Of a stretch of DNA of 42,480 nt, positions 36,490-42,480 are shown one piece after another (the stretch's first letter is position 1; every line of letters starts with the position of its first letter). The stretch lies in IMG/VR virus record IMGVR_UViG_3300008255_000214, positions 1 to 42,480 of that record; one strand, written 5' to 3'. Under the pieces are notes generated by a model that saw nothing but the letters and a program-made list of their open reading frames with translations, ran no database searches and was not told where the DNA came from. A program made the translations under genes and the position numbers. The DNA comes from a virus. Its lineage: Duplodnaviria; Caudoviricetes.

Positions 36490-37152
36490 TTATAAATTAA
36501 TTATTTTATCTGGATATCTATTTCTTAATCTTTTTTCATAAATACCCAAATCTTTTTGGCGTCTACTTAATATTTTATTTTCTATAACTGCTTTTTCGGT
36601 AAAGTTATTCAGAACTTCCTTTACTGATTCAATATCTTCTCTTAATCTAGATAGTTCGTTTTGGGCTTCCGCTAATTTGTTTAGAGTTTCTAATAACCTA
36701 TTATCTGCTAAAATCTTCTCCCGATTATAATTTTCAACAATATCTTTGATTTCTTTCTGTAACTTTAATTTTTTATCTTCTAATTCTGAAATACTATTTA
36801 TTAGGCTTTCTTCTTTGAGTTCCTTTATGGGAATAAAACGCTCAAGAGTATCAAGATGATTTTTATTAAATTCTATTTTCTTTTTTAAATCTTTAAGTTC
36901 TTTTTTGAAAATATCAACATTTTCAGAATGTATTCTTTCAATGTTCTTCTTAATACCTAAGAACTCTGAAATTCTTTTGTTCTTTTCAGTTATAGAAAAT
37001 GACAAATCATTATTTTTCCTAATCATTTTTTCTTCTTCAATTTTCAGCTTAGCAATAGAATCATTATAATTTTCTATAATAATTTTTTTATCTTCTAAGC
37101 TGTTATTTTTTAGAAGTTTATTCTTATTTACCCTGCGTTTTCCAGTTAACAT
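36490..37152 (-). CDS. Coiled-coil protein
   Basis: K/E-rich heptads over about 200 aa. Confidence 0.65.
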   Translation of the reverse strand: MLTGKRRVNKNKLLKNNSLEDKKIIIENYNDSIAKLKIEEEKMIRKNNDLSFSITEKNKRISEFLGIKKNIERIHSENVDIFKKELKDLKKKIEFNKNHLDTLERFIPIKELKEESLINSISELEDKKLKLQKEIKDIVENYNREKILADNRLLETLNKLAEAQNELSRLREDIESVKEVLNNFTEKAVIENKILSRRQKDLGIYEKRLRNRYPDKIINL

Positions 37153-37156
37153 AATA

Positions 37157-37477
37157 TTAAATTACAACTCTATAGCGAACAAATCCGCTAATCTGAACAG
37201 CTGCATCAGTATTAATTACAAATGCTTCTCCAGGAAGTAAAGTTATAACGCCTTTATAATTCATCATAGCATTTTCTAGTGTGAATGCTTGATTGTTTAA
37301 ATAATAAGCACCACCGTAATTATCTGTTCCCTGTTTTAGCTGAATTGTAACAGCTGAATTAGGCAAAAAATTAATGTGGTCAATAGCGATATATCCGTTT
37401 GCTGGAGCTTCAATGACTGTGTGGTCACCGCTTGTTGCAAAATCTATATCGGCTTTCTGTAGATTTGTGTCATACAT
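37157..37477 (-). CDS. Small beta-rich virion protein
   Basis: 106 aa in the structural block. Confidence 0.55.
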   Translation of the reverse strand: MYDTNLQKADIDFATSGDHTVIEAPANGYIAIDHINFLPNSAVTIQLKQGTDNYGGAYYLNNQAFTLENAMMNYKGVITLLPGEAFVINTDAAVQISGFVRYRVVI

Positions 37478-37562
37478 AAATTTGTTTTTTAAATTAATAA
37501 GTTATTCCTGAGGAGAAGTTATTCTCCCCAGAGTATCTTATCAATATTAAGTTGTTAATTTC

Positions 37563-38864
37563 TTAGGCTAAGGCTGCAGTGCCGTATAAATTGGTCACCC
37601 ACCATTCTGTCCCTAAAAAGATTATATCACAAGCATCTCCGACAGCGTTTAGCGTGATGGTTGTGCCATTCGCTAAGTTGTCAGGAGTAATAACTGCATC
37701 TCCAGCATAAACAGTGCAGACAATAGTTTTCTTTTGTCCGACTGTGCCATCAGCTAATGTGTGAGTTGAACCAGCATCATTAGCGATAGTCGTCACTCCG
37801 TGAGTCACTGAAATTGCAGTATTAGCATTAACAATAGCTTGAGGGGTAGTGATAATTGTTCCAGCGGTAAAGGTTAAATTACCTGCGGTCAATGTAGCAT
37901 TTCCAGAAGTCATTGTTAAATGCCCACTTGTCAAAACTAAATCTCCAGCAGTAATTCCTAAAGCGTCAGCACCTGCGGCAGAACCAGCGATAGTAGTTGC
38001 ACCATTTTCACCGACAGTGAAAACAGCAGTTGCTCCATCGGTCTGAACACATTTTAAGAATGCCCCACCATTTAGAGCAGACTCATCTAATTGCAAGCGA
38101 ATTAAATCACCAGTAGTTAGAGTGTCTGAACTAAATACAAATACACCCTCGTCTTCAGTAGTTCCATTACCGAAAGTGGTAGCAGTATCATTCTGAAGTA
38201 ATAATAAAGGAGCAGTGTTTGAAGTGCTTGTAGCAGTGAACAAACCATCAGTTAAAGTCATATTGTTTCCAAATACGACTGCTTCTGAACCATTAGTGGT
38301 TACAAAATTCAACATTGAAGTTGCACCACTTGCTCCAATTTTCAAAGCTGTAGCATCATTATCTTCAAGTGTCCAAGTAATATCACCGCCTGTTGAAGTG
38401 ATAGTATTAGCACCACTTAAAGTTAATCCTGCACAAGTTATTACGCCAGCTTTTGTAATTGTCCAAGTATCAGAAGTTCCAGCAACATCATTTCCTGAAC
38501 CTGCATTTGTAATTTGCAAACAAACGCCAGAACCACCTGCAGCATTTGTAAGCGTTAATACGTCTGTAGCTGTTGCCCTATTACCTGCGATAGTAAAAGT
38601 AGTATCAGGGGTAATAGTAAATGTGGCATCAGCTGCAAAAATAGTTTCCCAAGTTGGAGTTGAAGTTCCACCGCCACTGCCTAAAACAGTAGTGGCAGTT
38701 TTATTCCAAAACACCAACTGATTGGAACTATTTACATACAATCCCCAACCAGTATCGTCGTTTAGTAATGGATTGGAGGTTTTTGACACATCAAATCTTA
38801 GAATACCTTGTTTAAGGTTTATATTCTTCGGACTTGAATATGTTCTTCCTGCGATAGTTGCCAT
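37563..38864 (-). CDS. Fibre/decoration-like virion protein
   Basis: T/G/A-rich repeats, C-terminal TLADGTVGQKKTI...WWV domain; directly after the capsid gene. Confidence 0.6.
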   Translation of the reverse strand: MATIAGRTYSSPKNINLKQGILRFDVSKTSNPLLNDDTGWGLYVNSSNQLVFWNKTATTVLGSGGGTSTPTWETIFAADATFTITPDTTFTIAGNRATATDVLTLTNAAGGSGVCLQITNAGSGNDVAGTSDTWTITKAGVITCAGLTLSGANTITSTGGDITWTLEDNDATALKIGASGATSMLNFVTTNGSEAVVFGNNMTLTDGLFTATSTSNTAPLLLLQNDTATTFGNGTTEDEGVFVFSSDTLTTGDLIRLQLDESALNGGAFLKCVQTDGATAVFTVGENGATTIAGSAAGADALGITAGDLVLTSGHLTMTSGNATLTAGNLTFTAGTIITTPQAIVNANTAISVTHGVTTIANDAGSTHTLADGTVGQKKTIVCTVYAGDAVITPDNLANGTTITLNAVGDACDIIFLGTEWWVTNLYGTAALA

Positions 38865-38946
38865 AATTTTATTAGGGGAAGTTGAATAGAATATTGATTT
38901 TAAATCTCACCCACTATAGCTTCCCCTTTAAAATAGTAAATTAAAC

Positions 38947-39954
38947 TTAGGTAGTAGCGGAGTCGCCAGCAGATGCAACCCAAGAACGAGATACATCGTT
39001 GTGACCTAAAGCACATAAAGCGTGCCCAAACCAAGACAGAGCTCTTGTGTAAGGGTTAATGTGAACTGGGTCAACATTGTTGGCTTCACTTTCAATAAAT
39101 TGAAAGCCCTCACTATCAGTCATACCTCTCTTGCTATCAAACATAAACCAATATGCATCGGAAGTAAGATAGTCAAGTTCAATAATAGTGAATGGAGGAA
39201 CGCCTGCACCATCGTTGTCGTTTGACTCTGGGATTTTGCCATCCTTAATAGCTTTTAGAATTTCTTTAGCTTTGAAAGAAACGCTTGAACCTTTCTTACA
39301 TACTAAAGTATCTAAATTAGCTGGGTATGGATTTCCACGAGGGTCAACGAATAATGAAGCAGTTCGGATTGCAGCCTTATAACCAGCATAGTCAAAAGGC
39401 AAAGAATAAGTTGTGCCATCATAGACAACATTATTCATATTAGCACCACCATCTTCTCTTGTATGAGCAGTGGTAAATGCTTCCAAACTATCTCCACCTG
39501 TGATTGTAATAGTCTTGTTTCCGCTTAACAAATCTTGATGAGTGTAAGTAGAGTCAAAACCATTAATCAATCGTTCAGCAGCCAACTTCTCTTTCTTACG
39601 ATTGAGAGAGTTTTCAATCTGCTTAGTGATATTGGTCACATCTCTTTTCTTAATCGCAAATTTCCAATTAAGATAAGTAAATGGAGCCTCAATATCAATT
39701 TGTTCCTGAGTATACTCTTTTTTGTAAGTTTCAACAGGAACATCTTTCTTGATGTTTGCGTTTTCAGTTGTGAAAGACGCTTCAGAAAGTCCTGAAATGC
39801 CAGCATCCTTTTCATAGTAATCAGTTGTAGTTCTAAAGTTAAAATACTTTTTTAACTGAAGTTCAGGAGTAGACTCTTTTAGAAAATACTTCTGCACTGA
39901 TTTATCTATGGCGTTTGCTGCAGCCAAGACATTCATAGGAACTGCTTGAGCCAT
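38947..39954 (-). CDS. Major capsid protein
   Basis: 335 aa following scaffold and decoration genes; DPRGNP, LVC, YLTSDAYWF motifs of Mu gpT-like HK97-fold capsids. Confidence 0.8.
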   Translation of the reverse strand: MAQAVPMNVLAAANAIDKSVQKYFLKESTPELQLKKYFNFRTTTDYYEKDAGISGLSEASFTTENANIKKDVPVETYKKEYTQEQIDIEAPFTYLNWKFAIKKRDVTNITKQIENSLNRKKEKLAAERLINGFDSTYTHQDLLSGNKTITITGGDSLEAFTTAHTREDGGANMNNVVYDGTTYSLPFDYAGYKAAIRTASLFVDPRGNPYPANLDTLVCKKGSSVSFKAKEILKAIKDGKIPESNDNDGAGVPPFTIIELDYLTSDAYWFMFDSKRGMTDSEGFQFIESEANNVDPVHINPYTRALSWFGHALCALGHNDVSRSWVASAGDSATT

Positions 39955-39977
39955 ATAAGTAATAAGTTAGTTAATAA

Positions 39978-40406
39978 TTAAGAAATTTGACGAACGAACT
40001 GACCAATAATTTTCTTGTCGCCTGCTGCACCGACAACACCAGTTTGCATAAAGCAAGGATTGGTTACGTCATCAGTTCCAGTGTTGTTGACTGTGTTTAA
40101 ATCAGTCAAAGTCATCAACATATAGTTGTGAGCAACATTAGAGTTATTAGTAGTTTGTGCGAAATATTCTGCATCGTAGTCAAGTGGCTCAATATAAGCA
40201 ACAGTCGCTACGCCATCAGTGGCTTTGGTAACAATACCTCCACCATTGAGTAAGTTGGGAGTTACGGAAGAAGTTGCAGCGATAAGAGTCCCAGCGGTAG
40301 TTGAACGCATAAGCAAATCGCCCACTGCGTAAGCTACTGCACCGATAACTCTTTCTTTGGCTTCTGTTTTGCAACCACCAACTCTTTGAAATCCAGTAAA
40401 TGCCAT
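39978..40406 (-). CDS. Capsid decoration/cement-like protein
   Basis: 142 aa small beta protein between scaffold and capsid. Confidence 0.55.
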   Translation of the reverse strand: MAFTGFQRVGGCKTEAKERVIGAVAYAVGDLLMRSTTAGTLIAATSSVTPNLLNGGGIVTKATDGVATVAYIEPLDYDAEYFAQTTNNSNVAHNYMLMTLTDLNTVNNTGTDDVTNPCFMQTGVVGAAGDKKIIGQFVRQIS

Positions 40407-40424
40407 ATAAGTTGTTAATTAAAT

Positions 40425-41273
40425 TTATTTAGTAAATTCTTCAATCTCATCATCGTCAAAACCTGAAAACTTAATGCCAGGATGACTGCCTGAAACAGTC
40501 TTTTTCTCTGGTTTAGCTTCTTCGGTTTTTCCTTTTGATGTTGAAGCACTTGTTGAAACACTCTTGATTTTTTGCTGTTGAGCTTCTATCTTGCCTTTAC
40601 TTGTTGATTTCTCTCCAAGTTCCTCTTTTACATCTCTATCTACCTTTTCAAAGATAGTTTTAAGTTGTTTTTGAGTTTTACCAGCAAGTTTGTAATCTGA
40701 TTTTAGAATAGAGTTAAATCTTCCCCAGTAAATATCTTCTTTGTCATTCTCGGCTGAATACTCAGGATGTTCTTCTATAAAACCTTGTAAGGTTTCATTT
40801 GCCATTGCTTGATAGCTTTGGTCTTTACGAACAAATCCTTTTCTTTCGCCTATAATGTCAAATGCTTTGTCTAAGGTTTTAATCTGTTCGTCATCGTAGC
40901 CAAGCTCTTTTAGGGCTTTTTCGCTATCTTGACTATCAGGCTTATCACCTTCAAATATTTCTTTACTGGAACTTTCTCTAGCTTTTCTTCTAAGTCTAGT
41001 TACTTCAAGTCTCAACGCTTTTTCTCTTGGTGTTTCTCCAACTACTTCTTTTATCTCTGCTGTTGAAGGCTCAGCATGTTTATCATCAGATGGTTCTTCT
41101 TCATCTTCTTCATCCTCATCGTCTTTTTCTTCTTCATCTTCTTTTATTTCTTCCTTTGGTTCTTCTAAAGTTCGTTCTTCTCCAGTTTTTACTTCGCCTT
41201 TTTCTTCGGCTTCTTCAAACGCCTTTAAATCTTCATCTGTGATATCTTTTTTTACTTCTTCGTTAATTGACAT
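40425..41273 (-). CDS. Capsid scaffolding protein
   Basis: Highly acidic disordered N-terminus, helical core, position before the capsid genes. Confidence 0.7.
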   Translation of the reverse strand: MSINEEVKKDITDEDLKAFEEAEEKGEVKTGEERTLEEPKEEIKEDEEEKDDEDEEDEEEPSDDKHAEPSTAEIKEVVGETPREKALRLEVTRLRRKARESSSKEIFEGDKPDSQDSEKALKELGYDDEQIKTLDKAFDIIGERKGFVRKDQSYQAMANETLQGFIEEHPEYSAENDKEDIYWGRFNSILKSDYKLAGKTQKQLKTIFEKVDRDVKEELGEKSTSKGKIEAQQQKIKSVSTSASTSKGKTEEAKPEKKTVSGSHPGIKFSGFDDDEIEEFTK

Positions 41274-41329
41274 ACAATTATTGTTTAACGCCCTTAAAGG
41301 TGGGCGAGTATATTAATAAGTTAATATAT

Positions 41330-41362
41330 AAAAAGGGAACACTGTTTAGGCGTTCCCCTTTT
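41330..41362 (-). terminator. Intrinsic terminator-like hairpin inside a structured leader
   Basis: GGAACGC-CTAAACA-GTGTTCC-CTTTTT on the minus strand. Confidence 0.55.
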
Positions 41363-41449
41363 CAACACTTGAAACGGACGCCTATCTATTTCAAGTGCCT
41401 AGCTATAGCACTCAAAATATTTGTTTGGCGTCCTAGTTTTAATGTTCTG

Positions 41450-41896
41450 CTAGGCTTTAATAAGCCACTCTAAATTTGCTAAATGTTTCGGTTCAATCTC
41501 TAAACCTGCGAATTCATTTATATTTATATCTGGAACATCAACTTTTACATCTTGCTTTAACAATTCTTCAATCTTTTCGTTAAATGCTTTAATTGCTTTT
41601 TCATCTTTAAACTTCATTTGCCCTGTTGCTTTGCCTTTCTCATCTTTAATAGGGCTTGCATATTCGCTTAGCAATTCATCTCTTTTCTTTCCGTATTCTT
41701 CTACTTCTGGGTTAATCTTCTTTACGAATAGAGAAAGTTTAAAGCTTAATACGATAGGTAATTTTGTTCCCATTAAAACTCCTAAAGACTCTACACCTTG
41801 AATTAATTCTTTTAATTTCATATTTTTATTAATATAGATTTGTAAATTTTTATCCTTTTTTAACTCTTTTTTAATTGCATTAAATTGACTCTTCAT
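41450..41896 (-). CDS. Hypothetical phage protein (DUF1617-like; true start may be 41821)
   Basis: KLPIVLSFKL...KRDELLSEYA...FNEKIEELL pattern. Confidence 0.55.
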   Translation of the reverse strand: MKSQFNAIKKELKKDKNLQIYINKNMKLKELIQGVESLGVLMGTKLPIVLSFKLSLFVKKINPEVEEYGKKRDELLSEYASPIKDEKGKATGQMKFKDEKAIKAFNEKIEELLKQDVKVDVPDININEFAGLEIEPKHLANLEWLIKA

Positions 41897-41900
41897 AAAG

Positions 41901-42200
41901 TTATTTCTTTAAAGCATTTTTAATTTTACTAATTACCCCTTTTGATTTTGGTATTTCAATCTTATCGCCCTCTTTTACAATGCCCTCCAAGCCATTTATT
42001 TTAATTTCTTTATTTGAAACTTCGTGGGTAATAGTATCTTTAGCTTCAATGTTAATCGCAGGTTCATTAGTTTTTTCAAATAAGATTAATCCTGCTAACC
42101 TAGAAAGGTAAATTGAAGCTTCTTTTAGCATCGCTTCGCCTTTAAACTCTTTTACAATGTTTGAACCCTCATTGATGATTGTAATTCTTATTTCTTTCAT
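41901..42200 (-). CDS. Hypothetical protein
   Basis: 99-aa ORF. Confidence 0.65.
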   Translation of the reverse strand: MKEIRITIINEGSNIVKEFKGEAMLKEASIYLSRLAGLILFEKTNEPAINIEAKDTITHEVSNKEIKINGLEGIVKEGDKIEIPKSKGVISKIKNALKK

Positions 42201-42204
42201 ATAT

Positions 42205-42480
42205 TTATTTTAATCTAATTCTACGCTCGTATTTTAAGTTAGATGCAACGAGCTCACACCACTTTTTAATACTTCCTAGAATATCGTTTGGGTCAACTTT
42301 CTTGCTTCTCAAATCTTGTTTGTAATAAGATTGGTAAGCAGGAGTTGTGTTTGACATTTTCATAGGAACATTGATTGTAAAAATGTTCTTATTAATGTCA
42401 TACCAAGCTTCAAATCCATCCGTTGGGTCAAAATAGTGTTCAAAGATTTCTCTTTGTTTTTCTGTCAGCTTTGCAATTTC
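42205..42480 (-). CDS. Hypothetical protein, C-terminal part (enters from the window end)
   Basis: Open frame EIAKLTEKQREIFEHYFDPTDGF...RRIRLK*. Confidence 0.7.
   Translation of the reverse strand, partial: EIAKLTEKQREIFEHYFDPTDGFEAWYDINKNIFTINVPMKMSNTTPAYQSYYKQDLRSKKVDPNDILGSIKKWCELVASNLKYERRIRLK

Noticed and set aside
1-42480. Stop-codon reassignment or a diversity-generating retroelement
   Set aside because: Long genes are intact in the standard code with dense packing; no reverse transcriptase or template/variable repeat pair seen

Overview
The window is an apparently near-complete, AT-rich tailed dsDNA phage genome with podovirus-like architecture, opened inside a small gene (the ORF starting at 178 on the minus strand seems to continue at 42480..42205). 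Two divergent sigma70-type promoters at about 6450-6545 split it into two arms. The minus arm carries tRNA-Met(CAU), terminase, portal, scaffold, major capsid, fibres, a lysis block, tail adaptor/nozzle and ejection proteins. The plus arm carries HNH, a replication initiator with internal origin, a ParB-like / radical SAM / PLP enzyme / HNH / CysE operon, ArdC-N, Red-type recombination, Nin-like genes, small accessory genes and MetK. I recognise no integrase, repressor, DNA polymerase or helicase. The best candidate for an undescribed system is the operon at 8525-12576 plus phage MetK: it resembles phage base-hypermodification chemistry but lacks the usual hmU synthase, kinase and amino-acid:DNA transferase. 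Other highlights are tandem structured-RNA cassettes sharing an identical closing stem (17625-18097), several large structured leaders, an initiator-like tRNA lacking the 3GC anticodon stem, an unannotated 46-aa glycyl-radical-domain gene, and strong avoidance of 4-bp palindromes except in the tail fibre gene. All family calls come from motif recognition by eye, and all RNA pairings were read manually; no searches or folding were run.
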